DNA from: Paramecium tetraurelia | Taxonomy: Eukaryota | DNA length: 64,000 nt | Assembly: GCA_000165425.1 (NCBI GenBank) | Contig: CT868078.1 | Span: 1 to 64,000 of the forward strand | Reading direction: 5' to 3' | In this document: positions 39,401 through 53,200 of the stretch, piece after piece | How positions within the stretch are numbered: position 1 is the stretch's first letter | Layout of the letters: each line of letters starts with the position of its first letter | Position numbers and translations under genes: made by a program | Notes under the pieces: model-generated | The model's database searches: none | Told to the model about the DNA's origin: nothing | The model's input: the letters and a program-made list of their open reading frames with translations, nothing else

Positions 39401-42400
39401 GAAGATATCTCTGAATAAGCAAAATAAGAATTAAAAATGGAAAAGGGAATTATCAAGGTAGATACATTCTGGAAGGATGTTCAATTTGAATTGTTGAAAC
39501 ATAAGGATACTGATATCAGAACTTTGAAAATGTTGGATGAACATTTTGAAACCTTGGAAGAACATTAATTATAGGTCAACAATATGTTATTGAGTAAGTA
39601 TGTGAAATTCTTTGAGAAAGATGTTGAAAATTGGAAATGAGGATTTAGGAGCAATTTATGATGTTATTTAATTGTTATCAGAAGTACAAAAGACATGGTC
39701 ATTTTTGGAAAACTTATTTATCCAATCAGAAGAAGTCAAGAAGGAATTACCTAAGGAATCAGAATAATTTGTTGGAATTGATAAGAATATGAGAGAGATT
39801 ATGGAATCTGGTTGCTAAATTAAGATTATCTTGAAGTTCTGTACATAACCAAATATGTTGAAATCATTGGAAAAAATATAAGCTGATTTGAAGGTCTGCG
39901 AAAAAGCATTGAACGAATTTTTGGATTTTAAAGAAGAGCATTCCCAAGATTCTATTTCGTTAGTGTCAATGATCTATTGGATATTCTTTCAAATGGTAAT
40001 TCACCTGCAAAAATTAACAGACATATGTCGAAGATCTTCTAGGCTATTGATAAATTAGAACTATAAGAAAATGATAATGAAAGACCATTTGCTAAAAAGA
40101 TGATTACATGTGTTGGTCAAGAAGAAGTATCTTTAGTTAAACCATTGTAATTGTTAAATAAAGTTGAAACCTATTTATAAGCCATGATTGATTCTATGAT
40201 TGATACTCTAAGAGAATTAGCCAAGAAATCATTTGGATGTTATGATTCTAAGACATGCCAATTACAAATGGATAGAAAAACTTGGATTGATTAAGATCCA
40301 GCTTAAATTGCTTTATTAGTCAATAATATTATGTGGTCAGTTCAAGTAGAAGAAGCATTTGGAAAAATAGCTAATGGAGACATGAATGCCCTTAAAGATT
40401 ATTATAAGAGAAGTGTTGAGGCTCTTACTGAATTAATTAGATTTGTTAGAGGAGATTTAACTAAATCATTAAGATAAAAGTTGATGTGTTTGATTACTAT
40501 GGATGCTCACTCAAGAGATACTATTGGTAAATTGATTGATGAACATGTTCGTAAACCAGATGAATTTTAATGGCAATCTTAATTGAAATTCTATTGGGTC
40601 AATAATGATGCTCTTATTAGAATTGCAGATGCATCTTTCAATTATTCATATGAATATTTGGGTAATGGTCCAAGATTGGTTATTACGCCATTGACAGATC
40701 GTATCTACGTCACAGCCACCTAAGCATTGCATTTAAAGATGGGTTGTGCACCTGCTGGTCCTGCAGGAACTGGTAAAACAGAAACCACTAAAGATTTGGC
40801 TAATGCATTGGCTAAAGCATGCTACGTGTTCAATTGCAGTTCAGAAATGAATTATGAATCTATGGGTAATATCTATAAGGGACTTGCTAGTTCTGGATGT
40901 TGGGGTTGTTTTGATGAATTTAATCGTTTATTACCAGAAGTCTTGTCTGTCTGTTCAGTTTAATTTAAGGCAGTCACTGATGCTATTAAACAATAAAAAA
41001 AGACATTTTTATTCCCAGGAGGAGGTGAGATTTCTTTAGATCCAACTTGTGGTGTGTTTATCACAATGAATCCAGGTTATTTGGGAAGAGCAGAATTACC
41101 AGAAGGATTGAAAGCATTGTTTAGACCAATTACAGTGGTTGTTCCAGATTTAGAATTGATTTGTGAAAACATGTTGATGGCTGAAGGATTTGAAGAGGCA
41201 AAGACATTAGCACATAAATTCGTTACTCTATATATGTTATGCAGAGATTTACTATCAAAATAATTGCATTATGATTGGGGACTTAGAGCTATTAAATCAG
41301 TCTTAGTCGTTGCTGGTGGTTTCAAGAGAGCAGAAGCAAATATTGCAGAATAGGCACTTTTGATGAGAGCATTGAGAGATTTCAATATTCCAAAGATCGC
41401 ATTTTAAGATTTGGATGTTTTCTCAGGATTATTATCAGATCTATTCCCAAATATCAATATTCCAAGAAAGAGAGATATGGCATTTGAAGGAATCATTGAA
41501 TAAGTTACAGCAGAAAATAGATTGGATCCAGACCCCGATTATATTTTGAAGATTGTTCAAGCATCAGAATTATTAGAAATTAGACATTGTATTTTCGTAA
41601 TGGGTCCACCAGGAGCTGGTAAATCAACTACATGGAAAATGTTGGCTAAAGCTTAAGATAAGGCTGGTAAGAAGACAACAGTGGTTGATTTAGATCCAAA
41701 GGTCGTTAGTACTAGAGATTTGTATGGTTACAATTTACCAACAAAGGAATGGAAAGATGGTTTAGTTTCAAAGGTTTTGAGATCTCTAAGTGAAATTCAA
41801 GATGTTAATCCTAAATGGATATTACTTGATGGAGATTTAGATGCTAATTGGATTGAGTCTATGAATTCAGTGATGGATGACAATAAGATATTGACATTGG
41901 CAAATAATGAAAGAATTCCATTGAAACCACACATGAGAATGCTTTTTGAAATCAGAGATCTTCGTTTTGCTACTCCTGCCACAGTGTCTAGAGCTGGTAT
42001 CTTATATATTTCAGATGACAAGGGGTATTAATGGAGAGCCTACGTGAAATCATGGGTTAAGAATAACTTTAATGATGATAAATTTAAATAAGATTTACAA
42101 AAACTATTTGATAGATATATTGAAGGTACTTTACTATTCTTAAAGAAACATTGTAAGACTTTGATTCCAGTCAATCCAATTTCTATGATTATCTCATTAT
42201 GCAAAGCCTTATTGCCATTATTATAAGGAGAAGTGAAGAATATGGAATATCATTTCGTGTATTGCTGTGTTTGGGCTATTGGAGGTGTTTTATCTGAAAA
42301 AGACTCCATTGATTATCGTAAAGATTTCTCTAATTGGTGGAAAGGTGAATGGAAGACTTCAGTAAAATTCCCAAGTAAGGGTACAGTATTTGATTACTTT

Positions 42401-45400
42401 GTTGAATAAAATTCAGAGAATGTTAAATTCGATGAATGGGCTAAAAGATTATCTAATATAGATTTTGATCCTTAATCAATGGTTATGGGTAATATTACAG
42501 TGCCAACTAAAGAAACTTTGGCTACAAGTGAATTAGTTAAATAATTTATTTATGTTTAACAGCCAGTTTTGATGATTGGTTAATCCGGTTGTGGTAAAAC
42601 TTAATTGGCCAAAGGTATTTTGAGAGATATCGTAAAAGCTCAACCAGATAATTTTACTTATCAATTGATCAATTTCAATTATTATACTGATTCAACATAT
42701 TTATAGGCACAATTGGAACAATAATTGGAAAAGAAGGCAGGTAGACAATTTGGACCTTAAGGAAAAGGAAAATTAATATATTTCATTGATGATTTGAACA
42801 TGCCTTAATTAGATCCATATGATACTTAGACAGCTATAGCATTGTTAAGATAACATGCAGATTATGGTCATTGGTATGATTTAAGTAAATTGAGTTTGAA
42901 GGATATCATCAACACTCAAACAATTGCTGCTATGAATCCATCAGCTGGTTCATTCTTTGTTAATCCAAGATATCAAAGACACTTTTGGACTGTTTCAATT
43001 CCTATTCCTGACAATGAAAGTTTGTTCTTAATCTATAACACATTCTTATCAGGACATCTTAAGAGATTTAAACCAGCTGTTTCTGAAAATGGACCTGCAA
43101 TTATCAAGGCTGCTTTATAATTACATACAAGTGTCATATAGAATTTCAGAAAGACAGCCATAAATTTCCATTATGAATTCAATCTTAGACATATTTCCAA
43201 TGTTATTTAAGGATTGTTATTAGCAGATCCTGCTAAATTTATTGATTCAGATAAATTAATAAGATTATGGGTTCATGAATCTGAAAGAACATATGGTGAT
43301 AGACTAGTCTCAATGGATAATCTTAATACCTATAAGGCATTGATGTTTGATTTGTTAAAGAAATAATTCACCAAATTCAATTTCAGTAGATTCTTTGCAA
43401 AAGATAATCCTGAAAATCTGATCTTCTGTAATTTCTTAGCTGGTATTGGTGGTGATAGATTTTATGATCAGATGCCAAATGATAAATTGGAACCAGTAAT
43501 CACTGAAGCATTAAAAGAATATAATGATAACTTTGCTTATATGGGATTAGTATTGTTCGAAGATGCTCTTAAACATGTATGCAGAATCACTAGAATTGTG
43601 TTACCACCAGGAGGACATTCATTATTAGTAGGAGTAGGAGGTAGTGGTAAATAATCGCTAACTAAATTGGCTGCATTCATTATGACATACACACTCTTCA
43701 TGATTACTATCTCAAGCAATTATGGTATGAATGATCTAAGAACTGACTTATAATTACTTTACTAGAAATCAGGTGTCAAAGATGAACCTATTATGTTCTT
43801 ATTCAATGAAGGTCAAATTACAAACGAGAGATTCTTAACATACATCAATGATCTACTATCTTCAGGAGAAGTGGCAGAACTCTATAACTCAGATGAAAAG
43901 GAAGTGTTGATCAATCAAATTAGACCTAAAGTAAAGGCTGATGGTAGACCAGATACAAGGGATTCATGTTGGGGATGGTTTATTGATAAAGTTAGATAGA
44001 ATTTACATATGACCTTGTGTTTCTCACCAGTAGGTGAATCACTCCGTAAAAGAGCTCGTCAATTCCCTGCTCTTGTCAACTCTACTGTCATTGATTGGTT
44101 CCAACCTTGGCCTTAAGATGCTCTCTATAATGTTGCTTAACAATTCTTAAAAGATATTGATGTACCCACAGATTAAGTTAGAGAGGCTATTGTTAAATTC
44201 ATGCCATTCTCATTCAAATTAGTTAATGATTTATCAGTCAAATTGTTAGAATAAGAAAGAAGATATGTCTATACTACACCTAAATCATTCTTAGAATTGA
44301 TCAAATTATATATTTTCATGTTGAAGACTAAGAAGGGAATGCTTGAAAAGAATAAGGAAAGATATGAAAATGGTCTTATCAAATTGAGATCTACCTAAGC
44401 TTTAGTGGCTGAAATTGAAATTCAAGTCAAGGAAAAACAATAAGAAGCTGAATAAATTAAGAATGAAGCTAATCAAGTAGCTGAAGTTGTTGGGTAAAGA
44501 AAAAGCAAAGGCTGAAGTTGAAAATGCAAAGGCAGCAGATGAAGAAGCCTAAATGTTCAACCATCAAATAAGATGTTGAATAGAAAAAGACATCCACCCA
44601 AGCAGATTTAGATGCTGCTATCCCACTTGTTGAATAAGCCAAGGCTGCCTTGAATGGGTTGAGTGAAAAAGATTTCTAAGTTGCTAAGAACTTTGCTACT
44701 CCACCTTCTGGTGTACCAGATGTCTTCTCAGCTACCATTTTCTTATTGGCTGGATTCTATAATGAACAAATCGAAGTTGATCCAAAATCAAAGAAACCTA
44801 AAGCTTATGATTGGAAGAGTGCATAAAAGATGATGCAAAAAGCCAAAAGAATTGTTGAATAAACTCATGGGTTTCAAAGATATTGTAGATGCAAATCAAG
44901 TACCCACAACAAATGTAGATTTTGTTAAGAAAAACTATTTGAATTTAGAACATTTCAATGCATAAACTATGGCTAATAAATCATCAGCTGCTAGAGGTCT
45001 ATGCGATTGGGTTATCAACATTGTCAAATATTATGATGTCATCCAAATTGTAGAACCTAAGAGATAAGCACTTAAAGAAGCTATTCAATAATTGGATGAT
45101 GCTAATGCAAAATTGGCTAAAGTCTAAGAACAAGTGAAGGAATTAAATGATAGATTAGCTGTTTTGACTGCTGATTATAATAAAGCTATGGCACAATTAT
45201 AAGCTGCCTTAGATTAAGCTGCCAAATGTGAAAAGAGACTTAATTCTGCCAATCGTTTAGTTAAAGCCTTAGGAAGTGAAAATGAACGTTGGGATTAAGC
45301 AATTAAAATGTTAGAAGGCTAAATTTAATTATTAAGTGGAGATGTTTTAGTTTCAGCTGCCTTTGTCTCATATGCTGGTCCATTCAACAAGAGATTCAGA

Positions 45401-48400
45401 GATGTTATGATTAAGGACTACTTCCTGAAATTCATCATTGATAACAAAGTTCCACTTAGTAATAATGCTGATCCAGTGAAATTATTGACAGATGAAAGTA
45501 CTATTGCAAAATGGAATCAATAATTATTGCCAAGTGATGCTGTCAGTACTGAAAATGGTACCATTTTAACTAACTCTGAAAGATATCCATTGATCATAGA
45601 TCCTTAATTATAAGGAATTAAATGGATTAAAGAAAAGGAATCTTCAAACAATATGAAGATCTTACGTATTGGATAAAAAAATACAAATAGATAAATTGAA
45701 TTCTCTATCTAAGCTGGTAATCCATGTTTAATTGAAAATATGGATGAAAGAATAGATGCAGTTTTAATGCCTGTTATTGCAAGACAATTTATCATCAAGA
45801 GTTCAGGATAAAAGAAGATTAAATTCGCTGGTTAAGAATTGGATGTTCATCCTAAATTCTAATTGTTCTTACACACACAATTGAGTAATCCACACTATCC
45901 CCCTGAAATCTAAGCAGAAGCTACTCTTATCAATTTCACTGGTCACTGAAGATGGTTTAAGTGATTAATTATTAGCCTTGGTTGTTGGTAGAGAAAGACC
46001 AGATTTGGCTTAGAAGAAGGTAGAATTGATTCTAACAATAAAATTCATTCAAAATTAAATTAAAAGAATTGGAAGATGAATTATTATATAAATTAGCTAA
46101 TGCTGAAGGTGATATTTTGGAAGATATTGCTTTGATTGAAAATTTAGAATATTCAAAGAAGATCTCTACAGAAATTGCTGAAAAAGTAGAAATTGCTAAG
46201 GCCACTGAAGCTAAAATCAATGAAACATCAGAATAATACAGAAATGCAGCTGCAAGGGGCGCCTTAATTTATTTCTTATTGACAGATCTATCTAAGATCC
46301 ACTCTTTCTATAAATATTCATTGGAATCCTATTTGGTTGTAGTTCATAGAGCTATTGATTTAATTTCTGAACATAAATATGTACAAACAGGTGTCATGTT
46401 AGATGAGAAAGCAGCAGCTTAAATTGATCTTGGAAAGAAGAAGGAAGGGGAAGATGAAGAAGCAGCTGAAGGAGAAGAAGGAGAATAATAAGAAGAATAA
46501 CAAGAGGAATAATAATAAGAATAACAATAAGAAGAATAATAATAAGGTGAATAATAAGAAGGAGAATAAGGAGAAGGTTAATAAGGAGAAGGAGAAGAAG
46601 GAGGAGAAGCTAAGGAAGGTGAAGAAGGAGAACAAAAGAAAGAAGAATAAGCTGAAGAATAGAAGAGAGCTGCTGATGACGATCAACTCACTCCATAATC
46701 ATTGAGAAAGAGAGTTAATTAATTGATTGAAAGTATTACTTATACATCTTTCTAATATGCCAGAAGAGGATTGTTCGAAAGACACAAGTTGATTGTATCA
46801 ACTATGCTTACTTTGAGAATCAATTTGAAAGCAGGAAAATTACCAAAAGAATAAGTTGACCATTTGATTATTGGTAAAATTGAATTAAATCCTCCTCCTA
46901 TGCCTGAATCATTGAAATCATTCTTGAATGATACTATTTGGGCATGTTGCAAAGCTTTGGAATCAATCCCTGAATTTAATGGTCTTGGATAAAGTTTAGA
47001 AGTTGACAATCTCCAATGGAAGAAATGGTATAATGAAGAAAAGGCTGAAATCAGTGATCTACCAAAGGCATTCAGTCATCTTAAGAAATTCCATAGATTA
47101 CTATTACTAAGAACAATGAGACCTGATAGATTGACATCAGCTATGGCTAATTATGTTGCTGAAGAAATGGGAGATAAGTATGTTGAATAACCTCCATTCT
47201 CTATCTTTGAAACCTTTAGTGAAATGGCTCCAACCACACCTATTTTCTTCGTCTTATTCCCAGGAGTTGATCCTACTCCTGAAGTCGAAAGAGTGGCTGC
47301 CTAATATGATATCACATCATTTAATGGCAAATTCATCAACATCTCTATGGGTCAAGGTCAAGAAGAAATTGCTAGAAAAGCATTATTGGATTGTGCTGTT
47401 TAAGGACATTGGATTATGTTACAAAATGTACATTTAATGTAAAATTGGTTGACAGGTCTTAATGGTTTGGAAGGATATCTTGAAACAGTTTATGCCAAAC
47501 ATCATCCAAACTTTAGGGTGTTCATTTCATCAGAACCTCCTCCTCTGCCTGAAATGAAGATTATTCCAGAATCTATTCTATAAGCATCTGTTAAGGTCGC
47601 TAATGAAGCACCTTAAGATTTAAAGGCTAATCTCAGAAGAGCATATGCTCACTTTGATTAAGAGTTCTTGAATAAATGTTAAAAGAAACCAATCAGAATT
47701 CAAGGCATGTTTGTTTGCTTTGTGCCATTTCCATTCCTTAGTCTTGGGTAGAAAGAAGTTTGGTGCTTAGGGATGGTCTAGAATTTACAACTTCAATGAT
47801 GGTGATCTAACCATATGTGCTAATGTCTTGTATAATTATTTGTCCAAATATGATGTTGTCCCTTGGGATGATTTGAAATATATTTTTGGTGAAATTATGT
47901 ATGGTGGACACATTACAGACGATTGGGATAGAAGAACTAATGCCACATATTTGAGAGTCTTAATTAAACCAGAATTATTACAACCAAATTTCAGTTTGGG
48001 TCCAGGATTTAAATCACCAGATCCTTCAAGATTCGAATATGAATAATATAAGGGATACATTGAAAAGAAATTACCAATTGAATCTCCATAAATGTTTGGT
48101 ATGCATCCAAATGCCGAAATTGGTTACTTGACATAATAATGTGAAACCTTATTCAGTACCATTTTGGATGTTCAAGGAGGATCTAGCAGTGGTGGTGGAG
48201 GTAAAAAAGATGATGGAGTCATGACTTAATTGACATTATTAAAATCTACAACTCCTGCTGATACTAATTTGATGGATGTCACAGCTAAGGCATCAGAAAA
48301 GACACCAGATCAAATTGTCTGTTTATAAGAATGTGAAAGAATGAACATCTTATTAGGTGAAATCAGAAGATCACTTGAGGATCTTAGACTTGGTATGACA

Positions 48401-49073
48401 GGTGCTTTGAATATCACAGATTAAATGGAAGCCTTATCTCTATCATTATAATTCAATAAAGTCCCTGCCAGTTGGGAGAAGTTTGCCTATTTCTCAAGAA
48501 AGGGTTTGGCTGCCTGGTTCAATGATCTAATTGAAAGAACAAACTAATTAGCAGTATGGACACAAGAGATGGTCACCCCAATTTCATTATGTATTAGTTA
48601 TTTGTTCAATCCCATGTCATTTTTGACTGCCATTATGTAGAAGACTGCCAGAGAACAAGGATTACCTTTAGATGATGTAAGATATTATTATTTATATTAT
48701 TTAGATGGTCTTGTAAACAAATGTTACAGCAATCAAAGGACATGAAGAAGTTACTGTTTCAGCTGAGACTGGTGCTTATATTCATGGTTTGTATTTGGAA
48801 GGAGCTGCATGGGAATTGGGTGGTTAAGGATAAGAAGGATATTTGATCGAATAGAAATAGAAGGAATTACATCCAAAATTACCAGTTGTTAATGTGATTG
48901 CTGTGACTGCCGAGAAAAAGAAGAAGATTGGATAATATTAATGTCCAGTTTACGTAACATCAATGAGAGGACCTACATTTGTATTTACAGCAAATCTTAA
49001 TATGGAAAATGAGGATTCAGACCCCTCTAAATGGATTCTCAGTGGTACTTGTCTACTGATGAGTGATGATTGA
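36434..49073 (+). CDS. Axonemal outer-arm dynein heavy chain with N-terminal Kelch propeller and Ig-like (IPT/filamin) domains (Chlamydomonas alpha-HC / Tetrahymena Dyh5 type), ~4180 aa
   Basis: Kelch repeats ([31 protein letters not shown]); P-loops GPAGTGKT (~40757), GPPGAGKS (~41602), GQSGCGKT (~42578) and GVGGSGKQ (~43631); WGCFDEFNR; stalk; [13 protein letters not shown]. Introns 36437-36465, 36638-36662 and 48677-48704. Eight single-base indels. Confidence 0.95.
46420..46680 (+). repeat. Low-complexity GAA/TAA/GGA repeat encoding an E/Q/G-rich insertion in the dynein
   Basis: Reads [55 protein letters not shown] in the dynein frame. Confidence 0.85.
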
Positions 49074-50209
49074 GGAATATTTGAAATTTATTATATATAT
49101 TATATATATTCATATTTTAAACATAAATATCTTTATTCAACTAATACAATTGTATTACTTACTAATTATATAATTCGCCCAATGTCTATAATCATTCAAT
49201 TATCATATAAGAAGTTTATTTTTGTATTTAATAAAAAATAGGTTTCTTGTTTTTGAATGACATAAAATGCATCTAATCATATCATTCATATTAATTATAA
49301 ATTAGTTGATTGTATGTATAGAGTTGCATAATAATAATGTGATATAAATTCTTTTGATAAGATTGTATTCAAGTAGAGCATATAATTATAACATAATTAA
49401 TATTGTTTTTATTAGAATGTTTAAATTATAAGATTATATATATATATATAAATTTTGGTTTCACCACTCATAAAGTATTGCTATAAAATCAGAAACGAAT
49501 TAGAAAAACTTAGGATAGTAATACTATGTTCATAATTCGATATAAAAAGGACATAAATAGAATTTGGCAGATGTAAAACAGCAGTATCATAATTTGCTAT
49601 AATATCTGAAAAATAAGATCTTGATTTAAATAGCTATTGTTGATTGATGGAAGGAATAATTAGCGGAATGATCTAATTTTTAATTATTAGAAATCTGAAA
49701 TTAGAAACCTAATATAGATTAAAATATTAATGTAAATCCATATAAAATAGAAATATAACAACTTAATGAAATTGTAATCAAAGTGCTGCAAAAAGGATTG
49801 GATTAATTGTTGGTTAAATTGATTATTTTAATTTGTAATATAAATTAAATCTCAAAATTGTGTATATGATCTTAACTTTATCAAATAATTATATACTTGT
49901 TAAACATTATTTTTGCAAATTAGAGAAAATAACTAATATAATGCTATAGATGGAACTTAGGAAAATAATATCTTTTATGTTAAATTAAATGAATTTAAAA
50001 ATTTAAGAATTTGTATGTGTTTAAATAATGGATAGGAATGGAAACTAAAATTTTCTAAAGTAAGAGTTAAAATCGCATCTTTGTAGACATCATCTCTAAA
50101 TTCAAAAGAAAAACTCATATGATAGAAGGAGAATAAAATTTTTGAATCAGAAAAAAGATAATATAACCTAAATTTGGATACATAAAAATAATTAATTAGT
50201 ATTTTGAAC

Positions 50210-53200
50210 ATGTTCAAACTCATTTGCTTGTTTGTTTTTACATTAGCAGGATGTAATTGCAAATGCAATTAAAATGAATATGATCCAGCTATCTGTATTT
50301 TATAGATAACTGATTCAAAATGTATTTAATAAAAGTTTATTGAATAGGCTTGTATGATGAATTTCTGAATCAGTGCATAGAAACTAGTAATTAAAATTTA
50401 GGTTGTTCTCATTATTTGAATCGTAATGCTTGTATAAATTAATTAACGATTAGTGGAAATGTTGAGAAGAGATGTAAATAATAATTTATATATAGGCATA
50501 TTTTAAAATAGATGTATAGATGTTAACATATACCATCTGAAAAATTTAGGTTGCAGCGATTCATTTTCAAAATATGCTTGCATTAATGTAGTTAATAAAG
50601 ATTGTTTTTGGAATGGTTCTTAATGTGAAGATTCTTAAAAGATTATATTTTCAGATAATTCGAAAGAAGAAATATATCCATACTCTGTTACTCCATAACT
50701 ATGTGCTAAATATCATAAATATCCTTGTAAATGACATTAATAATAAAGGTATCAATACAGGACCACAAGGAGATTATAAATGTGTTATAATTAATTAGAT
50801 ATAATTTAAAGAATTAAAATGTTCGACCTTGGGTTTAAATGAAATAGGATGTGTTTCAATTTTGACACGGAATGAAATGTGTAATTTTATATATCATATT
50901 AGGCCTCTTTGAAAATAATTAATGTAAAACCATAAATCCTTCACAGATGATAGAATGCTCTTAAAAAATAAACAAATTAGCTTGTTTATCTATTACAACA
51001 CCTAATTTATTATGTCAATGGTAACAAAATGAATGCCGTGTTTATAAATTTGATCAATAAGTTACATGTCTAGATATTGTTGATGTTAACATAAATGTAT
51101 GTGCTAATTAAGAAGGTTTATGTATGTTTGATTAATTAAATTACAAATGTACATAGTTAAATTAAAAATAATTGGAATATTTAAATTGCGATACTCCTGG
51201 AATAACAAAATTTGCTTGTTTATCCATCTAAAATTAATATTGTACTTTCAATTAAGGGTTTTGTCAAACATTATCTGAAAATGATTTAAGTAATTATTAA
51301 TGTTAAATGCAATTAAATTAAGCAGCTTGTATTAATATTAAGACAAAAGGTTAATTATGTTTATGGAATGGATAAGGTTGTTAAAATGTAGAAATTACTT
51401 AAGATTAAGATTGCAATAATTTTGATCGATTTTTAGTTAATGGAAATGTTTGTTAAGCAATCAAAAAGCCATATGCAATGTGTAAATATGATGAAATAAC
51501 TAAAATTTGTGTTAAAAGTTCAACAAATGATTATTGTACTACTCCATATTTAAATTTATATGGATGTGTCAGTATTTCAAGAGAGAATTAGACTTGTAAA
51601 TGGATAGATTCAAGCTGTTGAAGATATTGTAATAATACCATTTGAAACACTTTGTAGTAGTTTTGGAATATGCAAATTATTAAGCATGTCAACAAGTATT
51701 TGAAAATAATTAAATGGGTTGTTATCATGATTAGAAAAAATCCTAATGTGTATCTTTATTAATAAGCACTGATAACGAAACTAATATAAATCTACAGGAG
51801 ATACAAAAGGCTAATTAATATTTATCAACTGTTTCATGTTTTGATAAATCTTTAGGATTGAATAGAATCATATGTGGATCTATCACTACGAAAAATGTAT
51901 TTTGCAGATGGCAATAGAATAGTTGTAAATTTATGAAAAAAGAAGCTATTGCTAATATTCCTTGTACAGATCTAAAATATGCTAATCCATCAACGTGTGC
52001 TTAAGTAAAATACAACAATGAATTTTGCAGATATTTTAAAGAAGAAAAAGGATGTACAAATCAATTAAAAGGTGAAATGAATTGTATTGATCTTGGGCTT
52101 AATACAATTAGTTGTAAATAGGCTAAAGAGAATTGTTACTTTGACAACGATAGATGTTAAAGTATTGGTGAAATTTCAACTTAAATTACTCCTGAGGTTT
52201 AAATCATTTTAGAAAAACTAACTTGCTAATCTAATTTTCCAACTATAATGATTTGCTTAGAAATATAAACTAAAGGTTAATTATGCTAATGGTCAATTAT
52301 GTATTAATAGTGTAGAGACATCCTAGTACTTCCAAATAAAAAATGTTCAGATTTCTCCTCATTTCAAGTAAATGTTAATGTTTGTGCATCTATTACAATG
52401 GAAAATCCAAATAACATTATTTTTGGTATGGAATAATCCTTTGAGGGATAAAATCCTGGTTATTGTGAATATGACAGAACAAAAAAGATTTGTAAGGTAA
52501 AAACCAAAGATTGTACTTCTGAATGTTGTACAGAAAATGAAGAAATAGGAATAAATGTACATTCATGCAGTAGATTCTCAAGTAAAAATCCAGGAGTTTA
52601 TTGTTATTTTAAAGACTTCAGATGTTAGCAACTCACAAACTAAAATGTAGATATCTCAAATCCTAATAATGTAAAGAGTTACTATAATGAAAAAAAATTT
52701 AATTGTGCTTAAATGAATAAGAATTCTTGTCATATGATTGATTGGGTCAACTTCTTAAACTTGCTATTATAATGGATTTGCTTGTGTAAATTTGAATTTA
52801 AAAAAGTAAGTAGACCTGATAGAATTTACAAAACCCTCTTCAATTCTCAATATTTATGCCTGTTTAGCAATTGAGGCAGTGAATAGCATCAATTTAAGTT
52901 AAAAATATTTTGAGTATAATTAAGAAGGTAAAAACTGTAAACTACTTCTACAACCATATCCATTATATTAAACTTGTGAAAGTGTAACTGGAAATTCTAA
53001 CATTTGTTTAGGACTTACTAGTAATCTTTATTGTAAATGGAACAAAGAATTGTTAAAATGTGTTACAATTACAGAAGATTAATAATAAGAAATCCTCACA
53101 TGCAATGAATATCAAAATATCAAATCATGCTTAGAAAATTAATACTCAGCGTGCCAATTCTCTCTTGCCTAAGATAAATGTATTAATGCACCTTTAGATC

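Noticed and set aside
46399..46705. F/L-rich minus ORF and K/N-rich plus ORF in the track
   Set aside because: Off-frame and antisense shadows of the dynein acidic insertion.
49400..50200. Coiled-coil-like coding fragments between the dynein and the surface protein
   Set aside because: Broken by TGA and frame changes; no gene model could be supported.
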